A stretch of 34,301 bases of DNA, from positions 1 through 34,301 of the forward strand of contig JAHQWF010000002.1 of assembly GCA_029856055.1 (NCBI GenBank). The letters are read 5' to 3'. Positions 8,158 through 18,090 of this stretch are shown here, piece by piece. Source of the stretch: Candidatus Njordarchaeota archaeon. Lineage in GTDB: Archaea; Asgardarchaeota; Njordarchaeia; Njordarchaeales; Njordarchaeaceae. The notes under the pieces are model-generated. The model saw only the letters and a program-made list of their open reading frames with translations. It had not been told where the DNA came from and searched no databases. The stretch's first letter is position 1. Each line of letters begins with the position of its first letter. The position numbers and the translations under genes are program-made.

Positions 8158-9677
8158 TTATAGGTACTCCCATACACTAGCTTCCTTATAACTCCATACT
8201 ATTGACTTAGTAGTTGTTAATTGATCAATACTATAACCGATGCCTTCTCTACCTACTCCTGATTTTTTAACTCCGCCAAATGAGTAATAACCGATTCCGT
8301 GCCTTGGGTAATCATTTATAAGACACTACCAACCTCTAAATATCTGATAGCTTTTCTTACTTTAGCGTCATCATATCCAAATACACTGGCATCTAAGCCG
8401 TACGGTGTTATATTAGCTATTTCTATAGCTTCATCGCTATTTCTTGCTTTTACTATTAGGGTTAGTGGTCCAAATATATCCTCGTTAATTGCTTTAAGAT
8501 CATGAAGAATTTCTTTTTGAGTTTCGATCAATGTCACTTCATGATAGTTCGCTCTTCTATTTCCTCCAACAAGTATTCTTCCACCTTTAGCGACAGCATC
8601 TTTGATTGCATTCTCGATTTTTATCACTGCTTCCTCCGTTATTAATGGCCCTAGGTCATTTGATTTGTCTCTCGTGTCTCCAAGCTTATATTTCTTTATC
8701 TCTTTTATTAACTTTTCTTTGAATTCATCATAAACTGTTTCTTCAACAGCAATAATTCTTATTGCATCGCATCTCTGTCCTGAAAAACTAACTACTCCTT
8801 TCGCTATTCTCTTCGCTGCTAATTCAATATCTGCATCCGAGAATACTATTGCAGGATCTTTCCCACTTAACTCCATGTGATACGTCTTTATTCCACCTAA
8901 TTCTATTATTTTCTGCCCAACTTCAGTACTCCCAGTGAAGGTTACCGCACTAACCTTTGAGCTTCTAACAATTAAACTAGCATCTCTTCCTGGTACAGGT
9001 AGGACTGCGAATGTTTTTTGGGAAATCCAACCTCTTCTAAAACTTTAGCAAGCATGATAGCTGCTAGAGGAGTTAAAGTTGATGGCTTTAATATGACAGC
9101 ATTTCCTGCTAACATAGCAGGTATTATCTTTGTTGCAGATGTGAATAAGGGATAATTAAATGGAGAAATAGCTAAAACGACACCGAGCGGCTCCTTTTTT
9201 ACGACAGCTTCTGTTTCGAAAGTTTCATGACTCCAGTCTCCAGGAATATATTCACCCATTATCCTTCTGGCATCTAAAACAACTTTTTCTAACCTTTCAA
9301 TAGTAGCTTTAACCTCGCCTTCAGCATTCTTATAGGGTTTCCCAGCATCAAGAATTAATGCTTCTATAAACTCATCTTTATAATCTCTAATTATTTCAGC
9401 AGCTTTCATGAAATACTCTACTCTTTTCTCTCCCGGTAGATTCCTTATCTTCCGTCAAAAGAGACTCTATCAATTGTATCGTTTATTTCATTACTTGATA
9501 ACTTGTGAACACGAGCTATTATATCCCCATTAATAGGGCTGAAATCATTTATTGTTTCACTAGATTTTGACCAAGAACCAGCCAAATAAGCTTTAAACAC
9601 TGGAATACCATCAGAATCGATATCAAAAATGCCCCTAAAAATTCCTTATCTAGAATTTCAACTAATTCGCTATTCAT
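8158..9677 (-). pseudogene. NAD(P)-dependent aldehyde dehydrogenase (GAPN-like) pseudogene with at least four frameshifts
   Basis: My translation recovers a complete ALDH of about 506 aa, but only by switching frame near 9640-9650, 9440-9460, 9012-9022 (an A6/T6 run) and 8313-8320. The segments read MNSELVEILDK / GIFDIDSDGIPVFKAYLAGSWSKSSETINDFSPINGDIIARVHKLS.. / RKIRNLPGEKRVEYFMKAAEII..FNYPL.. / TFAVLPVPGRDASLIV..VTFTGSTEVGQKIIELGG..ELSGKDPAIVF..FSGQRCDAIR.. / [26 protein letters not shown]..stop. Confidence 0.85.
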
Positions 9678-9875
9678 TATAAAGACCTCACTATTATTGA
9701 TTAAAAAATAACTATGTTATATTATAAAAATCTATGCTTAAAAGCAACTTAATTTTAATTTATTCAAATCTGAGAGACCTATAGAAGGTGTGATTCTGAG
9801 TTTAAATATCGTCTATTTTTAAAATGCGTTTAAATATTAAATAATTTTATTTATAATGAGAGAGAGTGATTTCCA

Positions 9876-12152
9876 ATGATATTCTTGTATATTTTTATAC
9901 CTCTAATCATACTAGGTATCCCATTCCTTTATAGTTATAAGAGGCTAAGGCCTTTTTACGGTGTTAAGGCTCTTGGTATAGCATTCTTCTACATAGTTAT
10001 ATTCCTAATTTATCTTTGGAACTACATAACATTATTAATTATTGGTGGTGAACTAATCTTACCTATTTCTATAATACTTCTGCGAATGTTTTTTGTATTG
10101 CCCTGGGTAATTGTTTTACTTTACATATCAAAGATATTTTGTGATATAATAGAGCGACCAGCTAGCTTTAATTACTTCTCTATAGTTCGTTTAGGATCCC
10201 ATTTGAGAACTAACTTTATGCATGTGGCTTTCTTCTATAACTTATTGTTTATTTTGTTTTTCGCCGTCCTTTATTTGCCGCGATCTCTAACTGTTCCATA
10301 TTTAGAAATCCTTGTAGAGACAATATATATCCTTGGATTCTTTCTAGTATTCATAGGCATGTTTTTCTTAATAGGCACTTACGTATCCCATCTCACTCAA
10401 AAGCAATTGATTTATCTCGTAAGCTTCCTAGTTTCATATTTTGTATTAATAGGTATAATTAGCTCAATCGGCATCGCTGGTGCAACGCTAGAAGGATCTA
10501 TATTCATTATTATCCCACTGTTAACCGCTATAATTTTATACTTTAAGCTCACTGGAGGATTAGAGGTCAGTATTAATCGTATACATTCAAGAGCAGTCAT
10601 GTTATCTATGGTAATTATTTTAGCTATGTTGGGGCAGAGTTTTCAACCATTCGAGTTAAGAGGTAAAGCTGACAATGCGTGGAATAGTGGCTTAGAATTC
10701 ACAATTGATATAAATGCTACTGAGTTTCCAATAGATCTCTATAATATTAGGCTGGTGGATAGAGATTTGGCGAGGGATTTTGCAATGTCGTATCGCTTAC
10801 CTAGGATCGGTAACTTCCAGCTTAGAGTTGGTTATGAATATGAGAATATAGGTTTAATAGATGGGAAACCTGCTTGGATTCTTCCAGTTTATTACTCTTT
10901 TTCATATACAAGTGAGATAAATTATATTGTTGGTTACCTTTACATTCATCTGGATACACCAACGTTCGAGTCTATGAAATTTATTGAGAAAAAAATGACT
11001 GTTGCTCCAGGCCTATATGGTTCCCATGACATCGATTTCTTTGTTAAGAAAGTTGTACCAGATGGATTGATAGGAGAGTTCTATTTAATAGACCCAAGTC
11101 CAGCAACATCTAGTCCTGCATGGGTCGTGTTGATAGACAGGTATTCACCTTGGGGAATTAGGGAACCTTATAAAGTTTTGATTATTGGATCTGATGGAGA
11201 CTATAAGCTTTATGATTGGTACGCAGCAAATGGAATTGTCCCGCAATTAGTATCTAGATATGCTCTCGAGTCAATCATAGTTAATGTTGGCTCCACCTTT
11301 AGAGATAATAAGAAGGATTATTTTGCTAAAGGTTTTATATGGATACCTGCATCACAAGATGTCCAGGAGGTATTAGAGGAAGAGTTCTACCAGACTTCAC
11401 ATCATTTCTTATTAAATCACACATTTGGCAGGGATTTCTACTTGGCAGTGAGGACTACTGGAGGAGAAGAATCTGTAGCTGTTTGGATACTAATAAATTC
11501 AACCCTTAGATTATTCGACCTGAGATTTTACAGAGGTATAGGCGGGGTTATAAGGGGGGTCAATACGCCTAGTATTGCTTTAGATGCTATAGAAAAACTT
11601 CTCAGTGAAAAGCTTTCATACGCTGCTTCAGTAAGATATCCAAAGCTATATAAGGTTGAGGTATTTGGATATACATTCTTGATATGGGTAGCTCTAGTTG
11701 CTCAGAAACTACCTGGTGCAGATAAACCCCTAGGGGTAGCTTGGGTTGATGCTTCTAATCCACGTATACTTGGATTAGTTCAATATGTTTATGGTGAATC
11801 ACATGACATATTTATGGATAGGCTATTCGAGAATATAGAGGCATCTTATAAAGGATGGCTTGGAGGCAATCTCACTACTCTAACTACAGCTTACATTAAT
11901 GGAACAGTTATAAGGAAGGACTGGGCCCTTCTCCAACCAGATAACGAGTATGCTATAATAATGAGCATTCTTAATGAGACTGGAGAAATGCTAACTGTGG
12001 TAGTTTTAGAGACTAAGGTAGCAACAAAACAAGATTTTTACAACGCTGTCTTAGCTAAGGAAGGTGATCGCGTCGAGATAAATGCTAGATGGGATATTGA
12101 TTTACAAGCATGGGTAGCATACACCGTTAAGTTATATCCACAGACACCATAG
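9876..12152 (+). CDS. Large integral membrane protein: N-terminal polytopic region of about 250 aa plus a soluble/extracytoplasmic domain of about 500 aa; function unknown (possibly UPF0182-like)
   Basis: 758-aa ORF with an ATG start after GAGTGA. There are several hydrophobic helices in the first 250 or so residues. The large hydrophilic domain (NIRLVDRDLARDF.., several N-x-S/T sites) contains no catalytic motif I recognise. Confidence 0.6.
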   Translation: MIFLYIFIPLIILGIPFLYSYKRLRPFYGVKALGIAFFYIVIFLIYLWNYITLLIIGGELILPISIILLRMFFVLPWVIVLLYISKIFCDIIERPASFNYFSIVRLGSHLRTNFMHVAFFYNLLFILFFAVLYLPRSLTVPYLEILVETIYILGFFLVFIGMFFLIGTYVSHLTQKQLIYLVSFLVSYFVLIGIISSIGIAGATLEGSIFIIIPLLTAIILYFKLTGGLEVSINRIHSRAVMLSMVIILAMLGQSFQPFELRGKADNAWNSGLEFTIDINATEFPIDLYNIRLVDRDLARDFAMSYRLPRIGNFQLRVGYEYENIGLIDGKPAWILPVYYSFSYTSEINYIVGYLYIHLDTPTFESMKFIEKKMTVAPGLYGSHDIDFFVKKVVPDGLIGEFYLIDPSPATSSPAWVVLIDRYSPWGIREPYKVLIIGSDGDYKLYDWYAANGIVPQLVSRYALESIIVNVGSTFRDNKKDYFAKGFIWIPASQDVQEVLEEEFYQTSHHFLLNHTFGRDFYLAVRTTGGEESVAVWILINSTLRLFDLRFYRGIGGVIRGVNTPSIALDAIEKLLSEKLSYAASVRYPKLYKVEVFGYTFLIWVALVAQKLPGADKPLGVAWVDASNPRILGLVQYVYGESHDIFMDRLFENIEASYKGWLGGNLTTLTTAYINGTVIRKDWALLQPDNEYAIIMSILNETGEMLTVVVLETKVATKQDFYNAVLAKEGDRVEINARWDIDLQAWVAYTVKLYPQTP

Positions 12153-12159
12153 ATTTAAT

Positions 12160-13278
12160 TTATGGAAGTATACAGCTTAATATCTCACTTATTTCTTTTT
12201 CTACTTCTTTTCTAATCTCGTCATCTATTATTATTACCCCTATCTCAAATATTTTGCTTAGTTCAGCTCTCTCTTCTATTGATTTCTTGACATTTATTAA
12301 GAATAGTTTGAGTAGTTTTGATATGTTAGGATGATATTTCTCCACAGTTACAGATACACCTATATTATAGATTGACTCCATAACTATAACATGCTTTTTT
12401 GTGACGATGTAATTAACTTCTGTTTTTATTATTTCATCAGATAAATGCTGAAGTGCAGTTAATAAGTTACTTAATAGGTCTAAAGATTTCCTCTCAACTG
12501 TATAATTCTTTATGTATATTGGCAGTCCGCTGTTTATATCATACACAACGAAATAGTATGTGTTATAAGCGTTAACTAGGTAGAATCCGGGTCTCCAAAT
12601 AGTTAACATAGCTATGGAAAGGAAATATATAGTGAATGAAGAACTTATTATGCTTCTAAATTCATAATAAAGCGTTAGATTTATGAAGCAGAGAATTAAA
12701 ATCGCTACAGGAATGAAGTTTAATACACTAAAGAAACCAAAAATATGTATTATTTGTCTGTAAATGCCGGAATAGAATTTTCTTTTCCCCTTTAGATAAA
12801 TCATCATTCCAAAATATCCCGATATTCCATCTGTTAAAATCATGTATGTTAATAAGTGATGTGTAATGATGATATCTAACCGGATTTCTTCACCAAGGTA
12901 GACGTACATTATTCCTAAAGAACTGTAATAATACATATTATAGCCCATTAGAAACGCTATTATCCCAAGTATAATTGAGTTGAGATGCCCCTCATACATA
13001 TCTTCGAAAAATATTGCGCTCAGAAACATGATGAGAAGTAGCAAGATAAGGTATATTTTGAATAATATTACATTTAAATTAATATTTTTTGAGAAGTATA
13101 TTGATCTTTTCAATAAAGATAAGGACATTCCGTTAATTAATATTAGACCTAACAAGAACGCGGTTCTAACATTGAGTATCTTAGATTGAGATATCAGTTT
13201 TAAAAGAGATATCGTGATTAATAATATAGTTGTTATATCTCGAATGTTGCTTACTATTATGCTAGCGATATTATGCAT
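12160..13278 (-). CDS. Polytopic membrane protein with a C-terminal cytoplasmic alpha/beta domain of about 130 aa; function unknown
   Basis: 372-aa ORF, convergent with the previous gene (7-nt gap). It has about 7-8 hydrophobic segments followed by a soluble tail (YYFVVYDINSGLPIYIKNY..LLTALQHLSDEI..) that faintly resembles a roadblock/longin-like fold. Confidence 0.55.
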   Translation of the reverse strand: MHNIASIIVSNIRDITTILLITISLLKLISQSKILNVRTAFLLGLILINGMSLSLLKRSIYFSKNINLNVILFKIYLILLLLIMFLSAIFFEDMYEGHLNSIILGIIAFLMGYNMYYYSSLGIMYVYLGEEIRLDIIITHHLLTYMILTDGISGYFGMMIYLKGKRKFYSGIYRQIIHIFGFFSVLNFIPVAILILCFINLTLYYEFRSIISSSFTIYFLSIAMLTIWRPGFYLVNAYNTYYFVVYDINSGLPIYIKNYTVERKSLDLLSNLLTALQHLSDEIIKTEVNYIVTKKHVIVMESIYNIGVSVTVEKYHPNISKLLKLFLINVKKSIEERAELSKIFEIGVIIIDDEIRKEVEKEISEILSCILP

Positions 13279-13498
13279 GTTACTGGACCTCCATACGTTC
13301 TGGTTAGAAATAATTTGTCCTATATTTTTAAGTTTATTTCACTAGCAACTTTACGGAACATACACCTCCTTATCCAGTAGTTAATTTCTCCTATGTTTCT
13401 AAGAATATTTTTCTTTTTACTTAGATAAAATATTAAAATATATACATTTTGCTTTGAAGAATATTAAAATAAGTAATATTTGGCCAGAGGTGTTTAAA

Positions 13499-14392
13499 AT
13501 GTTTAAAGGAGTTATTGTACCTATGATAACGCCTTTTAATAACGATTTCTCAATAGATTTTGATGGATTAAAATGGTTAACGAAATATCTCGTTGATAAT
13601 GGAGTTAATGGACTGTTCCCATACTCTACAACGGGCGAATTTGTTCACTTGAAGCCCGAAGAAGGAGTAGAAATAGTTCAAACTGTTTTAGATAGTGCTA
13701 GAAATAATGTTAAAATAATTCCTGGAATAAGTGCAAATACCACTCTAGATTGCATTGAGTTGGGTAAAAAGATGGAGGATCTTGGTGTAGATGGTGTTAT
13801 CGCTACTCCACCATTTTTCTTTAAACTTAATGAAAAACAGCTTTTTGAGCATTTTTCTTTAATTGCTCAGAAATTATCTTTACCCATAATTGTGTACAAT
13901 ATTCCTTCTTTAACTGGCAATCATATTCCCGTAAGTGTATATGAGAAACTTGCTAAGGAGTATAGCAATATATCTGGTGCCAAAGTTACTTATGATAGTG
14001 CATCATATTTACATGACCTTATATTAACGATGAAATCTATTAGAAAAGACTTCTCAATACTCACGGGTTTAGATAACATGTTTCTTTACACATTAATAAT
14101 GGGTGGTGATGGAGGGATAATGGCTTGTGCGAACTTTGCTCCCCAAATACATGTTGAGCTATATAAAGCATTCCTATCGAGAAATTATGATGAGGCCTTT
14201 GAACTACATCGTAAACTATCGAAGCTTGTAAAGGTTTATTCTATTGCTTCTTCTTTCCCATCAGCAATAAAAACTGTACACAAGATTCTAGGTAACCCGA
14301 TCAAACCAGTTTCAAGACCACCAATAACTACAGAACCTACTGAAGTAGAGTCAAAAATTAAGAAACTTTTACTGGATTTAAAATTAATTTAA
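13499..14392 (+). CDS. DHDPS/N-acetylneuraminate lyase family class I aldolase (KD(P)G-aldolase-like)
   Basis: MFKGVIVPMITPF..DFDGLKWLTKYLVDNGVNGLFPYSTTGEFVHLKPEE, YNIPSLTG and the candidate Schiff-base lysine in SGAKVTYDS. GAGGTG lies 7 nt upstream of the ATG at 13499; the ORF track begins at an upstream TTG at 13454. Confidence 0.8.
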   Translation: MFKGVIVPMITPFNNDFSIDFDGLKWLTKYLVDNGVNGLFPYSTTGEFVHLKPEEGVEIVQTVLDSARNNVKIIPGISANTTLDCIELGKKMEDLGVDGVIATPPFFFKLNEKQLFEHFSLIAQKLSLPIIVYNIPSLTGNHIPVSVYEKLAKEYSNISGAKVTYDSASYLHDLILTMKSIRKDFSILTGLDNMFLYTLIMGGDGGIMACANFAPQIHVELYKAFLSRNYDEAFELHRKLSKLVKVYSIASSFPSAIKTVHKILGNPIKPVSRPPITTEPTEVESKIKKLLLDLKLI

Positions 14393-14549
14393 TTTTATTC
14401 TCTCACTTTACTTATTTTTGATAGAAAATTAAATTAGCCAGCTTTTTCTGCATTTAATTTGATTATATTATTTAAAACTATATATACATAAAAAATATAG
14501 TTTATAAGAAATGATTTAAATGAAAATATCATAAAATAAGGTAACTGCT

Positions 14550-15305
14550 ATGCAGTTATCTGTTTTTTCATCAAGGAAAAAAATGATCATCATCTTTATC
14601 TTAATTATTCTAATAAGCTCAGGATTAACTATAATTTACTCAATTAAATCAGATGAATGTAGATTCGAGATATATTTAAGAAATAGTAGAGGTCAACCAA
14701 TTGAAGGCGCGATCACTACTATATGGATATGGTACCCAGGTTTACCATCTAAGTTAGTTGCTATTGCAAAAAGCGATTCTAAAGGAGTTGTGGGATTTAA
14801 GGTAAGTTGGAGTAAATTACTTGGAGTATGGATGGATAGGTATAAGAAGGGGATGAGGGAAGAAATAGGATTAATTGTAAATATCTATGATAAAGAAAAT
14901 AGTACTGTTACTACTAAAGTGATTCCTATTACGGTCAAGATGAATAGCCCAGGTATGTTGAGAAAAACATTGATAATAAAGAATTCCGTGAAAATACCTA
15001 GGCAAAATAAGTTCAAGGGACAAAATAATAAAAATAGATTAGCTTATTATACACCTATAGTTGAGGAGTCTAAAGAGTATAGAAGAAGGACAAACCTAGC
15101 TTATGTCAAGACAGATTCTAATACTGTAGCTTGGCTCGACTATTGCATTGCTAATGGTGATAAAACTAGGGTAAGACTTTTATTTGGTTACACATACAGC
15201 GATTATACTATCATAAGTGATGAAACTATTTATGTATGTAAACATGAAATAAAGAAAACTGTATCGGCATTCGCAGATAGGTCGAGTACTGCATGGTATC
15301 AATGA
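14550..15305 (+). CDS. Hypothetical secreted or membrane-anchored protein
   Basis: 251 aa with an N-terminal hydrophobic anchor (MIIIFILIILISSGLTIIY). The following segment, RGQPIEGAITTIW..SDSKGVVGF, is reminiscent of a carboxypeptidase-regulatory/prealbumin-like fold. No other motif was recognised. Confidence 0.5.
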   Translation: MQLSVFSSRKKMIIIFILIILISSGLTIIYSIKSDECRFEIYLRNSRGQPIEGAITTIWIWYPGLPSKLVAIAKSDSKGVVGFKVSWSKLLGVWMDRYKKGMREEIGLIVNIYDKENSTVTTKVIPITVKMNSPGMLRKTLIIKNSVKIPRQNKFKGQNNKNRLAYYTPIVEESKEYRRRTNLAYVKTDSNTVAWLDYCIANGDKTRVRLLFGYTYSDYTIISDETIYVCKHEIKKTVSAFADRSSTAWYQ

Positions 15306-15832
15306 TTATGACGACTAAATATGAGATAATTGGTTATTATTGGCAGGACGAAGACGGTAATTTAGTTTTAATGTATAGGGAATTTAGATTATGGGCATTT
15401 GACTTTGATATAAATAGTCTCTCAGGTAGTAAGGGTGATAATCCAGCTTGGGGAGATTACGGTTATAAGCTAGTGAAAAGCGGTGTTGGCAAGGGATTTG
15501 AGGCGGGAGACCGAGCATTTATCTTAAACCACCTCAATTTAGATATAAATTATAAGAAATTACTGGATCTTCCGATATCTAATTTAATCTATAGTGTTTT
15601 GCTTCCTAAGTTAGATGAGTATGGATTCTCATCATCCTTTGCACCATCGATACATATAATTATTGATTATTTTTACTGGATGCAAAGTTACGCGCAATGG
15701 GAAATTTGGGGTAAGGAAGGATACAGGATTTATGCTTATGGACGGTATGTATCTGTTCATGGTACTTGCTTCATGGCTGTAGACATTGAGTCTTCTCCTC
15801 TGCCACCTTCTGGTGGAGGTATAGAGATGTAG
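15293..15832 (+). CDS. Hypothetical protein, translationally coupled to the preceding ORF
   Basis: 179-aa ORF. An in-frame ATG at 15302 forms an ATGA stop/start overlap with the upstream gene. No motif was recognised. Confidence 0.45.
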   Translation: MVSMIMTTKYEIIGYYWQDEDGNLVLMYREFRLWAFDFDINSLSGSKGDNPAWGDYGYKLVKSGVGKGFEAGDRAFILNHLNLDINYKKLLDLPISNLIYSVLLPKLDEYGFSSSFAPSIHIIIDYFYWMQSYAQWEIWGKEGYRIYAYGRYVSVHGTCFMAVDIESSPLPPSGGGIEM

Positions 15833-15847
15833 CTTTTAATGCCTTTA

Positions 15848-16258
15848 TTAATGTTTTGTTTTCATTTCTATTGCTTTCATTATTAGAATGGACCATACTT
15901 CAGCTGCTTTTTTGGATGGGTGCGCGATCCCTAGTGAATCGAGTTCTCCTACTTGAAACATGGCGTTATGTTTCATCCCTTTTTTACCTTTCCATCTAAT
16001 TCTTAAGTTATTTAGCATGTGTAGTGTAGCTAATTCTATTCTTTCAATGGGAATCATTATCCTAATTTTCTTAATTCTCATGAATTTTCCCTCGAATAAA
16101 AGTACTTGTTTCTTTTTATCTAGAACGAGTACACCGAAGTATTTTGGTATTATTTTTGGCTTTATCTTACCATCTGGTAGTTCATCAAATCTGCTTACTA
16201 ACCAAGCTTTACTAACTATCTGTGGGAGTGTATGAAGTATTTTATCATATATATCCAT
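15848..16258 (-). CDS. Hypothetical protein
   Basis: 136-aa ORF with coding-like composition, immediately downstream of and co-directional with the oxidoreductase gene. No motif was recognised. Confidence 0.45.
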   Translation of the reverse strand: MDIYDKILHTLPQIVSKAWLVSRFDELPDGKIKPKIIPKYFGVLVLDKKKQVLLFEGKFMRIKKIRIMIPIERIELATLHMLNNLRIRWKGKKGMKHNAMFQVGELDSLGIAHPSKKAAEVWSILIMKAIEMKTKH

Positions 16259-16272
16259 TTCTAATCCCTAAT

Positions 16273-17397
16273 TCAAAGAGGAAGCTTAACCCATTCTTTC
16301 TTTTCAGCGGATATATACGCAGCTTCAAGGATCTCTTGTGCTTTCAGAGCATCATAGAAATTAGGTTTTGCATCTCGCTTCTCTAGAATAGCTTTAAAGA
16401 ATTCGTGCATCAGTGGAACGAACAGATATCCCCAGCCTGAAACTGATTTGCTTGGAGGCCAAAGCGCGTTCTTCCACGGCTTTAGTACTATTCTTTTTAA
16501 TCCTGGAATATCATCGTCGGTTAGGTAAATATAGATCTCAAACGGATTATCCAGATAGAATCTAATCATTCCTTTTGATCCGTGGATCTCGACTCTATCT
16601 AACTCCTGAAAACCAAGTCCAAACCTTGTGGCTTCAATTGATCCAATAGCTTTATTCTTAAATGCGACAAGCATGATTGTTGCGTCATCTACATCCACTA
16701 TGTCTCTGCCACCATTCTTAGTCTTACGTTCCTTAATAAAGATTCTCGATACAGCAGATACCTCAGATACATCATCAACAAGATACCTTGCTAAATCTAT
16801 TAAATGTATCCCTATGTCAGCTAAAGCTCCACCCCCAGCTATCTCTTTCTTCATCCTCCATTCAATAGGTAAATCTGGATTAACGAATCTAGAGTGAGCC
16901 ACCACGGCTCTATAGTGATATAATTCACCTAGTTTACCAGACTCAATTAGCTCTTTAGCAAATATAACTGATGGCATAAACCTCATTACTAATGCTGTCG
17001 AATTAACTATTCTTGATTCCTTCACTTTCTCGTACATTCTTCTCGCTTGCTCGTAATTCAATCCTAATGGCTTTTCACATAGGACATGGATGCCTTTCTC
17101 AGCAGCCTCAATAACTGGTTCCTCGTGAAATGCATTAGCTGTTGTTACACTTATAGCGTTCGTGGTACCATCATTAATGATTTTTCTCCAGTCATCTGTC
17201 ACGTATCTGAATCCGAATCTATGTTTCAATCTTTCAGCTTTTGATACTGTTCTGTTATACACCCCATTCAGCTCGATTATTTCTGGATCTAAATCATCAA
17301 AAGAAAATGTGACTGCTTTTGCGGCCCATGCATGAACAAAACCGATACCTCCAGCTCCTATTAAACTGAAGTAGATTTTTGATGATGAATTAACCAA
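16273..17397 (-). CDS. Gfo/Idh/MocA-family NAD(P)-dependent oxidoreductase
   Basis: 374 aa with the N-terminal Rossmann motif LIGAGGIGFVHA, the family motif LCEKPLG, and a C-terminal alpha/beta domain of typical length. Confidence 0.85.
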   Translation of the reverse strand: MVNSSSKIYFSLIGAGGIGFVHAWAAKAVTFSFDDLDPEIIELNGVYNRTVSKAERLKHRFGFRYVTDDWRKIINDGTTNAISVTTANAFHEEPVIEAAEKGIHVLCEKPLGLNYEQARRMYEKVKESRIVNSTALVMRFMPSVIFAKELIESGKLGELYHYRAVVAHSRFVNPDLPIEWRMKKEIAGGGALADIGIHLIDLARYLVDDVSEVSAVSRIFIKERKTKNGGRDIVDVDDATIMLVAFKNKAIGSIEATRFGLGFQELDRVEIHGSKGMIRFYLDNPFEIYIYLTDDDIPGLKRIVLKPWKNALWPPSKSVSGWGYLFVPLMHEFFKAILEKRDAKPNFYDALKAQEILEAAYISAEKKEWVKLPL

Positions 17398-17411
17398 TTA
17401 TTTCCCTCCTA

Positions 17412-17915
17412 TTATAGGAGCTTCTTATCCTTTAGAAGCTTCATTACATCCTGTGGTCTTGATGGGAAGTCCGGTAATTGCTGATACCACACCTTAACTC
17501 CCATCTCAACCATCTTCTTAATTGCCTCAACATCTTCTGGCGAGACGGAAGCGGTCTTAGCTATCTGCGTTCTTCCCTGCCTAAAAGCCATTTGGCCTAG
17601 ATTAACTGAATCTACTTTAGCTCCTTCTTCGATTAATTTTAATGCGTCTACGCAATTCGCAACTAGAATTAGAACTCTCTTGTTATCGTTTTTACCTTGT
17701 TCTTCCTGAATTTTCTTTATTGCTTCTTCAATTGTGTAGACCTCGACGTTTGATCCTGGTGGCGCCAGTGATTTCTGAAGTTGTTTAATCACTGGATTTT
17801 TCGCGACGGCATCATTAGCAACCCAAATCTCATTAGCATTAGCAAGCTTTACCCAAGCAGCAGTGACTTGGCCGTGAACGTATCTATCATCCACTCTCAA
17901 AAGAGCTATCTTCAT
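17412..17915 (-). CDS. PTS mannose/sorbose-family EIIB component
   Basis: 167 aa. MKIALLRVDDRYVHGQVTAAW matches the family signature R-[IV]-D-D-R-x-[IV]-H-G-Q-V, including the phosphorylatable His. Confidence 0.85.
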   Translation of the reverse strand: MKIALLRVDDRYVHGQVTAAWVKLANANEIWVANDAVAKNPVIKQLQKSLAPPGSNVEVYTIEEAIKKIQEEQGKNDNKRVLILVANCVDALKLIEEGAKVDSVNLGQMAFRQGRTQIAKTASVSPEDVEAIKKMVEMGVKVWYQQLPDFPSRPQDVMKLLKDKKLL

Positions 17916-18090
17916 TTAATTCACCGAGCAGTAATTAGCACTCTTTAATCAAATTGTTAAAAAGATATAAAATATTATTCATAAATTTGATCAATGAGAA
18001 TTATTAATGAATCTAATTTAATTTAATTAATCTTATAAACATTATATTTCATGACGATTAATAATCTCTTATATCTATGAGGTAACTCAA

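Noticed and set aside
8299-8505. Plus-strand 68-aa ORF within the ALDH pseudogene region
   Set aside because: It is antisense to readable ALDH sequence and has no motifs of its own.
8158-9677. The ALDH breaks as programmed frameshifting, or as several small functional genes
   Set aside because: There are four independent breaks in different sequence contexts and no slippery-site or pseudoknot pattern. The fragments split conserved ALDH domains. Pseudogenisation, or possibly sequence error at the homopolymer site, is the simpler reading.
10412-13189. Antisense ORFs 10412-10600 and 12980-13189 within the two membrane-protein genes
   Set aside because: They are shadow ORFs in AT-rich coding sequence with no support.
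15960-16897. Plus-strand ORFs 15960-16235 and 16628-16897
   Set aside because: They are antisense to the 136-aa ORF and to the Gfo/Idh/MocA gene respectively. The latter has clear family motifs, and the shadow translations are low complexity.
17948-17991. An 8-bp inverted repeat (ATCAAATT ... AATTTGAT) in the divergent EIIB/TIM-barrel promoter region, with similar CAAATTT/AAATTTG words upstream of the EIIC-EIID gene, as a possible operator
   Set aside because: The words are short and AT-only in intergenic DNA that is very AT-rich, so chance occurrence is high. This is not enough evidence for a regulator site.
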